From Opitutia bacterium UBA3534 (GTDB lineage: Bacteria > Verrucomicrobiota > Verrucomicrobiia > Opitutales > UBA3534), in the NCBI GenBank assembly GCA_002376875.1, contig DFOT01000011.1, positions 71,034 through 135,033 on the forward strand: DNA of 64,000 bases, given 5' to 3'. The notes below the pieces were generated by a model. It saw only the letters and a program-made list of their open reading frames with translations, was not told where the DNA came from and searched no databases. The position numbers and the translations under genes were made by a program. This document shows, piece after piece, positions 8,707 to 18,085 of this stretch. Positions within the stretch are counted from its first letter, which is position 1. Each line of letters begins with the position of its first letter.

Positions 8707-10935
8707 ATGGGTAGGTTTATGTGGGCACTCTTAGTGCATACATGCCTTATCTCTGTGCCCCTAGGTGCACACGGAATCCCCCCGCCTCCGGAGGCCCCCT
8801 ATAGGCTTCAGCAAACAATCAATACTGACCTGATCTCAGAAGAATCAGGGCATATATTTGCATTTAGAGAAACACCTAAGCCTCAAGAAGCAGCACCTAC
8901 CCCACCTCCTGCTGCAACCAAGCCAGCACCTGTAAAGCCCAAGAAAAGAGTAGTCCTCGGCCAAGCGATTACATGGAATAACCCAGCAGCAAAGAAGCCT
9001 ACCCGAGTTCTCATTGCCCACACCATAGCCTTAACCAATACGGCCCCGGGAATTCCACTGAGAGAAACTGTAGGCCCACTTGAGCAAGAAGCTCCGGTAA
9101 TGCTTGCCCAAGACAACTACCAACCACAACCACTCACTCAGGAAGACATCCGAACCAAAGTATCCACACTCTTTAAGCTCGCACGCAAAAGACTAGAGCA
9201 CAACCTTGAGGCTCTAGCAGAAGCCACCCAAGAGGCTCAACACACGATAGAACCTACTGCAGTTGTAGACATTGAGGCATCAAGCGAGCCTGAGATCATC
9301 CAAGAAACACTCCTAGACATTGCTATCCCTGAAGAAATCAGCGTCAGTACAGTTGAAGAAGAGGCCCTACTGGCTAGCACCGTCTCTGAAGGAGAAGAAA
9401 ACTTAAGCTTCCCTTTCAAAGCCCACCGAAGTGCAACGCTTAACCGATACTACCTCCCCCTTGCAGCTAAAAAAGAGGAGGAAGAAGATGAAGATGCCTT
9501 CATTCCTTTTGACGTAGACACAACACAAACAGACATCTTAGCCCAAAAGGAAGAAAAAGCAGAAACAGAAGAAGAGGAAGAGGCAGAAATAAAGCGCTTT
9601 GGTGTAGAGAAAAGCGATGCTGAAATACGGCGTGAACTCTTCACTAGAGCCGTCGAACAAATACGTGATGAGCGTATTACACCAGAAGAACCCCTGGAAG
9701 ACGAAGTCATTGCACAAACAATTACTCCAGAAGAAGACTTGTCAGACCCACTTCTACTCGAAGAAAAACTCCGCTCTCAGCAACCTATCGCTGGGGCCCC
9801 ACTCGGGGTGACACCAAAAGGCCAACAAGACACCCGCTTCTTACTTTTGGGTAATGCGTCCATCTGGGCAGGATTTGTCGTAGGAGCGGATGCTACTACA
9901 AACGTGAGCTTTGCAAGCGTAAACCCACGACGCGACATCATCATGCGCCCTGCCCTATGGACCCGTATATACTGGCCTATATCGGAAGACCACTCCTTAA
10001 ACTTCTCGGGGCGTGGGGGCTATACTAAGTATACACAAAACACTACGCTTGACGAACGATTCCTGCTGATATCACCAGACTCTGAATTAAACTTTATCTT
10101 CTTCTTTAAAGATATCCGGTTTAATATTTACGATACAATTGCCTACCAAGAGGACCCTACAAACTCAGACAATGTTAGCAATGTCTCTACCTACCGTCGT
10201 ATAACCAATAACCTAGGCCTAGCAATCAACTGGAAACTGCGCATTATGGACCTAAACCTCTTGCTTGAGCGGACGGACTTCATGCCTATCGATGGTCAAT
10301 TCAAGGACCAAGAAAAGATCACTAATCGTATTGAGTTTGCCCCTACCTACACCTTATCTGATTCTTTGCGTCTAGGCTTACGATTTGGATACTCAAAAGA
10401 TACTTTTGAGCAGGCCTTCCATAACAATAGCGACTCTCGGATTATAGGACTAAACTCCTGGTACCGCTTCGGAGACTACCTCAGCAATAATAGCTTTATA
10501 GGTTTCGAAAACCGTGTTTTTGATGATCGAGGGACTATCAATGATACAGAACGCAAGATAAACACCTTTAGCTTTAATACAGAATTCATCCATCGTCTCA
10601 CGCCGAAGACAAACCATAGGCTCAGCCTTGCTAAGAAATTAGAATCTAGCGCTAGTTCTAACTTTGTCGATGTTTACAGAGCGGACTACCTCATTACAAC
10701 GGAACTAGGCCCTAAAATGACCGCAGAGCTGACCACCTTCTACGAAATCCTTAAGGAATCAGGAGCCAACAATGAAGATGCAACAAGATACTCACTTACC
10801 GGAAACTTACGCTATAACCTATCTCAGCGCACTGGACTCGGCCTTCAGCTACGCCATATAAATAAAAGCTCGAATCAACCCTCAAAAAGCTATAAAGAAT
10901 ATAGAGTGACCCTTGATGTTGCTTACGCCTTTTAA
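8707..10935 (+). CDS. Putative outer-membrane beta-barrel protein with a long acidic/proline-rich N-terminal region; first gene of the EPS-export cluster
   Basis: Track ORF 8677..10935 starts at TTG. ATG 8707 gives a signal-peptide-like MGRFMWALLVHTCLISVPLGAHG. About 370 aa of low complexity (PPPAATKPAPVKPKK, KKEEEEDEDA, KEEKAETEEEEEAE). The C-terminal half has alternating beta-strand-like sequence and ends YRVTLDVAYAF, an aromatic terminus typical of OMP barrels. Confidence 0.45.
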   Translation: MGRFMWALLVHTCLISVPLGAHGIPPPPEAPYRLQQTINTDLISEESGHIFAFRETPKPQEAAPTPPPAATKPAPVKPKKRVVLGQAITWNNPAAKKPTRVLIAHTIALTNTAPGIPLRETVGPLEQEAPVMLAQDNYQPQPLTQEDIRTKVSTLFKLARKRLEHNLEALAEATQEAQHTIEPTAVVDIEASSEPEIIQETLLDIAIPEEISVSTVEEEALLASTVSEGEENLSFPFKAHRSATLNRYYLPLAAKKEEEEDEDAFIPFDVDTTQTDILAQKEEKAETEEEEEAEIKRFGVEKSDAEIRRELFTRAVEQIRDERITPEEPLEDEVIAQTITPEEDLSDPLLLEEKLRSQQPIAGAPLGVTPKGQQDTRFLLLGNASIWAGFVVGADATTNVSFASVNPRRDIIMRPALWTRIYWPISEDHSLNFSGRGGYTKYTQNTTLDERFLLISPDSELNFIFFFKDIRFNIYDTIAYQEDPTNSDNVSNVSTYRRITNNLGLAINWKLRIMDLNLLLERTDFMPIDGQFKDQEKITNRIEFAPTYTLSDSLRLGLRFGYSKDTFEQAFHNNSDSRIIGLNSWYRFGDYLSNNSFIGFENRVFDDRGTINDTERKINTFSFNTEFIHRLTPKTNHRLSLAKKLESSASSNFVDVYRADYLITTELGPKMTAELTTFYEILKESGANNEDATRYSLTGNLRYNLSQRTGLGLQLRHINKSSNQPSKSYKEYRVTLDVAYAF

Positions 10936-10948
10936 GCGGCTCTACCCC

Positions 10949-11593
10949 ATGAAGATACGCCCCCTCCCATACCTAATACTCGTGATCTTGACCTCCTGGC
11001 TGACCCCACTTTGGGCTCAAGAGGACACAGGCCTTAAACGAGAGGACAGAGACATTCCCGTCATTGAAGAGCGAAAAATAAAAATTGGGGATGTCTTACT
11101 CTATCGCGTTATTGAAGATAAAGACCCACTAATCCCACTTCCCGTCTCTGCGAACGGAACCATTAACCTTCCCTACCATGGGTCCGTACCTGCTGCAGGA
11201 CAAACCCCTGAAGAGCTCGCTAGACACATTCAAAACTTGCTCGAAGATGGCCTCTACAAAACCGCAACGGTTATCTTGATTGTAGAAGCAAGCCCAGGGG
11301 CAAGAGAAGTAGGCACCGTATACCTGTCTGGACGTGTTAACCGCGTGGGCCCTGTAGAGATTGATTTAGCTAAAGAAAACACGATCAGTAAAGTTATCCT
11401 CTCTGTTGGAGGCTTCTCTGACTTTGCAAATAAAAGGCGTGTACTTATTATACGTAACAATCCATCCACTGATGAAAATGAACGAATCGAAGTAGATGTT
11501 CAAACGATTCTAGAAGATGGAAAACTAGAGAATGATGTAGAAGTGCAAGATGGAGACTTTATCATCGTCCCACAACGACTACTGAATTGGTAA
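10949..11593 (+). CDS. Polysaccharide export protein (Wza/EpsE-like, Poly_export + SLBB)
   Basis: Track ORF 10913..11593. ATG 10949 (MKIRPLPYLILVILTSWLTPLWAQ) gives a signal peptide and starts after the upstream stop. IGDVLLYRVIED...VSANGTINLPYHGSVPAAGQTPEELARHIQ resembles the Poly_export domain. Confidence 0.7.
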   Translation: MKIRPLPYLILVILTSWLTPLWAQEDTGLKREDRDIPVIEERKIKIGDVLLYRVIEDKDPLIPLPVSANGTINLPYHGSVPAAGQTPEELARHIQNLLEDGLYKTATVILIVEASPGAREVGTVYLSGRVNRVGPVEIDLAKENTISKVILSVGGFSDFANKRRVLIIRNNPSTDENERIEVDVQTILEDGKLENDVEVQDGDFIIVPQRLLNW

Positions 11594-11596
11594 ATC

Positions 11597-13681
11597 ATGG
11601 AAGAAGGCAAGCACTCATATCGCAGCAATAACTATTACTACAATAGTTACAACTCTTCGCTTTCTCACCACCCAAGCACCTTACTAAGACGTGTCTACCG
11701 CTATTGGTCTTTAGCAAAACATTACTGGTGGCTTATTTTAGGCTGTATATTGTTAGGCATTATTTGGAGTGTTTACTTTGACAAAAAAGACCCTCCTGAA
11801 TATCTCTCCGTTGGACGGATGATGGTCAGCCCTCGAATAACGCTCCCGGATGGAGTATCCTACAGTGAAGAACTCTCCCACTTCCTAGGCACACAAGTAG
11901 AGATCATGCAAAGCGCACAGATCATGCAAAAAGCCTATGAAAAAATTAAAGAGAGCCACCCTGACTTAGAGGCAAAGGCATCTTTTATTGCCCGACAAGT
12001 CCCCAAAACAAGCATTTTTGGACTAGAAGCCCGCAGCTTAAACCCAATGTTTGCGCATTTATTTCTCAATGCAGTGATGCATGAGTTTACAGAATTTAAA
12101 CGCTCTCAGCGCCAGCAAACGTCCCTAGAGACGATCTCTAATCTAACAGCCCAGCTTTCACGCTTACGCAGAGAACAAGAGCAACAGCAAAAAGCACTTA
12201 TTGAGTTTAAAAAGAAATACAATATTGCTTACTGGGAAGCCCAGGGAAGTGCTGCGGCAGAATACTTATCAGAGCTTAAAAATAAAGAAGCTGAGCTGCA
12301 AACACAGTTAAAATTCCTCGAGACTTTTGAAATTGAAAGTATTGTAGACCAGGATGGTGTTGCCGCGATAGCCAACGCAAACACTTTACTCAAAAATCTC
12401 CCTGTAAGTGAAAGCTTGAGTGATGAATATTTCAGTGCACAAAAAGAGCTCTATAAAGCAGAGGTAGAACGCCAAGAGTATCTTAAGTCCCTACAGCCTA
12501 ATCACCCTAAGATCAAAAGGATCGAAGAACGCATTGACCAGCTCAAGACGTTCCTAGCCTTACTACTCAAGCAAAACCTCAATGTTGCAACGGCTAATGT
12601 AGACACCATCCAAAAGGAGCTTAAGATTGTACGAGAAACAATCAAGGAATGGGAGGACAAGTCCTTACGCTCATCAAAAATTGAGGCTGAGTATGAACTC
12701 CTCGAAGTCACTCTTGAGCAAACAAAAGCCTTTTACAGCAACTTGCTGCACAACATCCAGCGCTTAGAAATCAACGAAAACATTAGCCAAGAAACAATAC
12801 AAATCTTAGCACAAGCATCCCCTGCTATGCTTGCCCCTAAGTCATGGTTTAGTGGGATCCCTCGAGGAATTTTTGTTGGCCTTAGTTTAGGCATGATGCT
12901 TTTGGTATTGATTGATGTCATTGATGACCGAATCACCTCTTCATTTGAAGTTCTTAATTTACCTGAGCCTATCTTATCTGAAATCCCTTCTGTCCCTACT
13001 TCTAAGGATGACCCGGCTGGTGCTTCACTTCAGCCGCAGGAGTCGCGACTGTTTTATGCGGAAGCCTATCGGCATTTGCGTTCTTCTTTGATTTTCCGCG
13101 AAGACTATAAGCCCTTAAAAACCATTATGGTCTCGAGTTCTCTTCCTGAAGAAGGAAAGACAACGATTGCGCTTAACCTTGCAGCAACTCTAGCAAACAC
13201 TGGCTATAGAATATTACTCATCGATGGAGACTTAAGGCGTGCGAATCTGTCAGAACGACTAGAGAAGAAAAAAGAACTCGGCATCACAGATGTACTCGAA
13301 GGAAGAAACACCTTGGAAGAGTGTGTACAGACAACAGAGTTTAAAAACCTGACCTTCCTACCCCGAGGTACTGATATTGAACAACCTGGAGAAGTATTCC
13401 TACGCAATGAACTGGATGAGTTCTTAAAGAAGATCCAGCGTGATTATGACCGTATTATTTTTGATAGTGCCCCAATCCTTTCTGTCACGGACTCTTCTTG
13501 CCTAGCTCCTAAGCTGGATGGAACCATGGTTGTATTGCGCACCCAACATACTTCTTTGGATAAAGTTAGACATGCACTCAATACCTTACACGCACACCAA
13601 GCCTATATCATTGGTTTAGTAGTTAATGGTGTTGAACGCTTCCCTTCCTACTACGGAGGCTATATCGAATATTATGGCTAA
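11597..13681 (+). CDS. Polysaccharide co-polymerase / BY-type tyrosine autokinase (Wzc/GumC-like)
   Basis: 694 aa. N-terminal TM segment, long coiled-coil periplasmic region, second TM segment. Then a P-loop domain with Walker A SSLPEEGKTTIALNLA, LLIDGDLRRANL, and Walker B IIFDSAPILSVTDS. C-terminal Tyr cluster FPSYYGGYIEYYG. Confidence 0.8.
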   Translation: MEEGKHSYRSNNYYYNSYNSSLSHHPSTLLRRVYRYWSLAKHYWWLILGCILLGIIWSVYFDKKDPPEYLSVGRMMVSPRITLPDGVSYSEELSHFLGTQVEIMQSAQIMQKAYEKIKESHPDLEAKASFIARQVPKTSIFGLEARSLNPMFAHLFLNAVMHEFTEFKRSQRQQTSLETISNLTAQLSRLRREQEQQQKALIEFKKKYNIAYWEAQGSAAAEYLSELKNKEAELQTQLKFLETFEIESIVDQDGVAAIANANTLLKNLPVSESLSDEYFSAQKELYKAEVERQEYLKSLQPNHPKIKRIEERIDQLKTFLALLLKQNLNVATANVDTIQKELKIVRETIKEWEDKSLRSSKIEAEYELLEVTLEQTKAFYSNLLHNIQRLEINENISQETIQILAQASPAMLAPKSWFSGIPRGIFVGLSLGMMLLVLIDVIDDRITSSFEVLNLPEPILSEIPSVPTSKDDPAGASLQPQESRLFYAEAYRHLRSSLIFREDYKPLKTIMVSSSLPEEGKTTIALNLAATLANTGYRILLIDGDLRRANLSERLEKKKELGITDVLEGRNTLEECVQTTEFKNLTFLPRGTDIEQPGEVFLRNELDEFLKKIQRDYDRIIFDSAPILSVTDSSCLAPKLDGTMVVLRTQHTSLDKVRHALNTLHAHQAYIIGLVVNGVERFPSYYGGYIEYYG

Positions 13682-14684
13682 GGAAGACCCTTTGGGGCAT
13701 CAATGCCTGCTGGAGCGAATTGGCAGCATTACTGAGAAGGCTGCAATACTACTAAAGGACCCGGTAAGTATCAGGCCTACTCACCCAGATGCACCTATAA
13801 TCGTCACAGGGGTTGGCTCTTCCCAGGCGCATGCTCAGTACTTGGCTTACCTCATTAATCAATACACAAGTACTACAGCAGTTGCATTGCCCCTAGTAAG
13901 CTTTACGAAAAAGCTGCCTCCTTCGACAAACGAACACACCCTTATTGTGTTTAGCCAGGGCCTATCAAGTAATGCACGTATAGCACTTAAGCATTGCAAT
14001 GCGTTTAAGGAAACTTTTCTGATTACAGCGCAGTCAAGCCCAACCCAAGACTTAGCCCCTGAAATAAAACCTATACACATCCCTTGTGATGAAGAAAAGG
14101 GGCTCCTTATCCGTACCATTGGACCTTTCTTAGGTTTTCTGGCAAGCCTCCAACTAGTAGAGTATGTCTGGCCTGGAGCTATCCCGTCATGCACCGAAGA
14201 AACTCTTTTAGAGGCTTTAAAAACAACGCCTCAAAAATCTCAAGCATTACAAAAAGAGCTCTCCCTCGAAGCATGCCAAGCTGGATGCACTTTTTTGACT
14301 ACTCCTGGACTTGCGCTTTCATGTTATAATTTAGGCTTTAAGTTCCTAGAAGGGCTTTTTTTACCCATGCCTGCCATATGGGACATTCTCACTTTTACTC
14401 ATGGGCCTTTTCAGCAGCTCAGGCAACACCCAGGGCCTATATTATCCCTGACAGGAAACCAAAAGGATAACATGCTCTTCCAAAAGGCTGAAACTATGAT
14501 AACAGCCTGCAGCACCACACATGCACAGCTACAAGCAACACTCTCTAGCCCTTGGAGCATCCTAGAATACGAGATGATCTTAAACCACTGGCTTTTGGGG
14601 GAGCTAAAAAAGAGCTCTATTGACCAAAAAAACTGGCCTGGCAAAGGAGAAGATGCTAAACTTTATGATATCGATTATTTATGA
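13674..14684 (+). CDS. SIS (sugar isomerase/phosphosugar-binding) domain-like protein
   Basis: Track ORF 13626..14684. ATG 13674 (MAKEDPLGHQ) overlaps the Wzc-like stop by 8 nt. IIVTGVGSSQAHAQY, LIVFSQGLSSNARIAL and TFLITAQS resemble SIS-domain motifs. The assignment is tentative. Confidence 0.45.
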   Translation: MAKEDPLGHQCLLERIGSITEKAAILLKDPVSIRPTHPDAPIIVTGVGSSQAHAQYLAYLINQYTSTTAVALPLVSFTKKLPPSTNEHTLIVFSQGLSSNARIALKHCNAFKETFLITAQSSPTQDLAPEIKPIHIPCDEEKGLLIRTIGPFLGFLASLQLVEYVWPGAIPSCTEETLLEALKTTPQKSQALQKELSLEACQAGCTFLTTPGLALSCYNLGFKFLEGLFLPMPAIWDILTFTHGPFQQLRQHPGPILSLTGNQKDNMLFQKAETMITACSTTHAQLQATLSSPWSILEYEMILNHWLLGELKKSSIDQKNWPGKGEDAKLYDIDYL

Positions 14685-16030
14685 AAATCATTATCGTTGG
14701 TGCAGGGAATGTAGGCTCCTTCTTATGTAAATGCCTCAGTGAAAAAGGCTATAACGTTACGGTTATTGAAGAAACCCACGCTATTGCTTCAAGCATTGAT
14801 GAACAATACGATGCTAAAGTCATTTGCGGAAATGGAAGCTCTGCAGAAATACTAGTAAAAGCAGGCGTCAGAGACTGTGACTTTTATATAGCCATGACAA
14901 GCGATGACCGTGTAAACATCGTTGGCTGTTCTATTGCAAAAGCCTTGGGAGCAAAAGCAACTATTGCTCGCATCCATGACCAAACCTACTCAGACAACAC
15001 CCTGATTAACTATCAGTTCCACTTCGGTATCGATTTTTTGGTAAACCCTGAAGGGCTCTGTGCCATGGAGTTAGCCAAAGACATCCGTAATCCAGGGCGT
15101 CTGGCCGTAGAGCGTTTTGCACAAGGACATATTGAAGTACAACAAATCCCTGTAACACAAAGTAGCAGCTTAACGAGCATTCCCCTAAGAGATCTTGAAT
15201 TAAGCCCTGAAGTACGTGTAGGTTATATCCAACGAGGAAATGAAACCCAGATTGCTTCTTCTAGCTCTACCTTCGAGCAAGATGACTTAGTTACTTTTGT
15301 AGGCCTTTCGGAGGAATTAGCTAAGATAAAACAAAAGCTTGCCCCGCATGACGGCCCAAAATCTGTCAGTATTGCTTTGTTTGGTGGCTCTGAGTCTGCG
15401 ATTACTTTAATTCGACTGCTCTCTAATCCACGCTTTAAAATCCTTCTCATTGAGCGAGAGGCGCCTATTTGTGAGGAAATTGCAGAGCACTTCCCTCATA
15501 TTACCGTCATTCATGGGGATGCAGCTTCTACACGCTTGCTCGAAGAAGAGCAAATTGGCAGCTATGACTACTTCATTGCAACTACCAAGAATGATGAAGA
15601 CAACATCATGACGACCTTGCTTGCTAAGCAACAAGGGGTGCAAAATGCTCAACTGATTATTAACCGCTGTGACTACGAGGATATCCTAGGGCAACTCAAG
15701 AACATCCTAGGTATAGAGAGTATCGTCTCCCCAAGGATAGCAACTATTACCGAACTTTTACACTACATATCAGAAGAGGCCACTATAGAATTGGCCACAC
15801 TCCCAGGGGATGCAGGGAAAATCCTTGAAGTACGTGTAGATTCAGAAAGCCCCTGCGTTGGCAAAACCATCCATGAGATTGCTTGGCCCCCCGATATTGT
15901 TCTGGTTGCCCTCCTTAATCAATTTCATGCAAAAGTCCCTTGTGCTGGGGATACCATTCTGGCCTGTAGCCGTATTGTAGTGATCGCTAAGCAGGATAGC
16001 GTGGCCCCGTTATTGGAGCTCTTGACTTAA
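14681..16030 (+). CDS. trkA: Trk-system potassium uptake protein TrkA (two RCK/NAD-binding modules)
   Basis: 449 aa. MKIIIVGAGNVGSFL Rossmann motif and a second module around IALFGGSESAITLIRLL. ATGA overlap with the preceding gene. Confidence 0.8.
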   Translation: MKIIIVGAGNVGSFLCKCLSEKGYNVTVIEETHAIASSIDEQYDAKVICGNGSSAEILVKAGVRDCDFYIAMTSDDRVNIVGCSIAKALGAKATIARIHDQTYSDNTLINYQFHFGIDFLVNPEGLCAMELAKDIRNPGRLAVERFAQGHIEVQQIPVTQSSSLTSIPLRDLELSPEVRVGYIQRGNETQIASSSSTFEQDDLVTFVGLSEELAKIKQKLAPHDGPKSVSIALFGGSESAITLIRLLSNPRFKILLIEREAPICEEIAEHFPHITVIHGDAASTRLLEEEQIGSYDYFIATTKNDEDNIMTTLLAKQQGVQNAQLIINRCDYEDILGQLKNILGIESIVSPRIATITELLHYISEEATIELATLPGDAGKILEVRVDSESPCVGKTIHEIAWPPDIVLVALLNQFHAKVPCAGDTILACSRIVVIAKQDSVAPLLELLT

Positions 16031-16061
16031 GGCAGGCCTTATTGGATACTCCCGATAACTT

Positions 16062-16568
16062 ATGGACCTATTTACACTGAAATACACTGTAATTGGCCTA
16101 CTTTTCCTGATTGGAGTTGTTGGGTCTTTCATGCCTATTTTGCCGGGTTGCTTTATTGTGTGGTTAGGCATTGTGCTCGATAAGTTTTGGATGCCTGAAC
16201 ACTCGGTAACTTGGGGCTTCTTTTGGACAGCTACCGGGCTTACCATCTTAGCGCAACTCCTTGACGCTGCCTGCGCGTACTGGGGGACCAAACGCTTTGG
16301 AGGCTCTTGGCGAGGGGGTCTAGGCGCTGTTGCCGGGGTTGTTTTCTTTCCTCTTTTCCTGTCACCCATGCTTGGGATTGGGCCTATCATTGGCTTTATC
16401 ATCGGCCCGATTGCAGGAGCCATGCTGGGTGAGCTAGCCGGAGGTCGTACCTTCCCTGAGGCCACCGCTGCAAGCTTAGGAACTTTAGTAGGAGGCATTG
16501 GGGCTTTCTTCATTAAATTCACGATTGCCTGCACAATGATTGCTGGCTTCTTTTTCTTCCGTACTTAA
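16062..16568 (+). CDS. Small integral membrane protein (DUF456-like)
   Basis: 168 aa. Four or more hydrophobic segments, Gly-rich, FMPILPGCFIVWLG near the N-terminus. Confidence 0.5.
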   Translation: MDLFTLKYTVIGLLFLIGVVGSFMPILPGCFIVWLGIVLDKFWMPEHSVTWGFFWTATGLTILAQLLDAACAYWGTKRFGGSWRGGLGAVAGVVFFPLFLSPMLGIGPIIGFIIGPIAGAMLGELAGGRTFPEATAASLGTLVGGIGAFFIKFTIACTMIAGFFFFRT

Positions 16569-16570
16569 CA

Positions 16571-17218
16571 ATGGGCTTGGTAGTGGAAGATTGGGGGCAG
16601 CTCGCTTATGAGGAGGCCTATGCACGTCAGCTCAAGACCGTTAAGGCACGTTTAGCGGATACGATCCCTGATACCCTTATTTTTACGGAGCACCCCCCTG
16701 TTTATACCTTGGGCAGGCGCAAAGATGCCCAAAAAAATTTACTTTTAGAGAAGGACGCCCTGGAGGCAAAAGGCATTCAACTCGTCCAAACAAATCGAGG
16801 TGGAGATATTACTTACCACGGTCCTGGGCAAATAGTGGGCTACCCCATCATTCATTTAAAGGCACGCAAAGACCTCCATGCTTATCTAAGAGACCTGGAA
16901 CAGGTTATCATTAACACCCTTGGGTGCCTAGGCCTAGCTGCCGCGCGCAGGCCTGAAAAAACAGGAATTTGGCTGGAGAACCGTAAAATCGCGGCCATTG
17001 GAGTCGCTGTGAAGCAATGGGTTAGCTATCATGGCTTTGCATTGAATGCAGTAAATGACTTAAGCCCCTTTGGGGATATCATCCCCTGTGGTATTGACCC
17101 AGAGGAAGGCACAGTTACCTCCATAGCCCAGGAGCTTGGGCGGACAGACCTTGACCTAGAAGAACTTAAGGCTATCATTAAGGCTGAATTTCAAAGAATT
17201 TTCTATGCAGAAAACTAA
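16571..17218 (+). CDS. lipB: Octanoyltransferase (lipoyl(octanoyl) transferase)
   Basis: 215 aa. TEHPPVYTLG, NRGGDITYHGPGQIVGYP, KIAAIGV. Confidence 0.85.
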   Translation: MGLVVEDWGQLAYEEAYARQLKTVKARLADTIPDTLIFTEHPPVYTLGRRKDAQKNLLLEKDALEAKGIQLVQTNRGGDITYHGPGQIVGYPIIHLKARKDLHAYLRDLEQVIINTLGCLGLAAARRPEKTGIWLENRKIAAIGVAVKQWVSYHGFALNAVNDLSPFGDIIPCGIDPEEGTVTSIAQELGRTDLDLEELKAIIKAEFQRIFYAEN

Positions 17219-18080
17219 ACCTAATTGGCTCCGAGCAAAACTCCCTAGTGGCAAAGGGTATGCAGATGTACGCAAGCTTGTTGATGATAATAAGCTCCAC
17301 ACTGTCTGCCAAAGTGCGCAATGCCCTAATATGGGAGAGTGCTGGTCTCGTGGGACGGCTACCCTAATGATATTAGGCAATACCTGCACACGTTCTTGTA
17401 CTTTTTGTGCCATTGATACCGGACGCCCTCAAGCCCCTGACTTAGGTGAACCTGCCCGCGCTGCAGAAGCTGTCGCCAAAATGGGCCTAAAGCACGCTGT
17501 CATCACCTCTGTTGCGCGAGATGATCTCAAGGACGGAGGAGCCTCTGTATGGGCTGCGACCATTCGAGCAATTCGTTACCGCAACCCAAATACTGCGATT
17601 GAAGTCCTAGTGCCTGACTTCCGGGGCAAGGAAGAATCCCTCGATATCGTCTTGGATGCGGCTCCTGATATTTTGAACCATAATATGGAGACTGTAAAAC
17701 GCCTGCAGCGCCCTATCCGTAAGACGGCACGTTATGACCGCACGCTTTGGGTATTGGAGCACTCTAAGTCTCGTGGGTTTGTTACAAAATCTGGCCTGAT
17801 GCTCGGCATTGGTGAAGAAAAGGATGAAATTGCTGAAACCTTGCGTGATTTACGCTCTGTGGGCTGTGACATCCTAACTTTAGGCCAATACTTACAGCCT
17901 ACACCTAAACATGCCCCCATCGACCGTTGGGTTACCCCAGAAGAATTTAAAGAATGGGAAGAGTTCGGCCTATCCATAGGCTTTGGCGTTGTAGAGTCTG
18001 GCCCGTTAGTCCGTTCTTCTTACCATGCGGACGAACAGTCTGATAAATACGGAATCCTCGGCATTAAAGCCTCTGCCTAA
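17205..18080 (+). CDS. lipA: Lipoyl synthase (radical SAM)
   Basis: 291 aa. Auxiliary cluster CQSAQCPNMGEC, radical-SAM CTRSCTFCAI, C-terminal RSSYHAD. 14-nt overlap with lipB. Confidence 0.9.
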   Translation: MQKTKPNWLRAKLPSGKGYADVRKLVDDNKLHTVCQSAQCPNMGECWSRGTATLMILGNTCTRSCTFCAIDTGRPQAPDLGEPARAAEAVAKMGLKHAVITSVARDDLKDGGASVWAATIRAIRYRNPNTAIEVLVPDFRGKEESLDIVLDAAPDILNHNMETVKRLQRPIRKTARYDRTLWVLEHSKSRGFVTKSGLMLGIGEEKDEIAETLRDLRSVGCDILTLGQYLQPTPKHAPIDRWVTPEEFKEWEEFGLSIGFGVVESGPLVRSSYHADEQSDKYGILGIKASA

Positions 18081-18085
18081 AGACA

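Noticed and set aside
16010-16534. 174-aa minus-strand ORF rich in Pro/Lys/Ala.
   Set aside because: It is antisense to the DUF456-like membrane gene. Its composition is simply the complement of Gly/Leu/Phe codons, and it overlaps the trkA stop.
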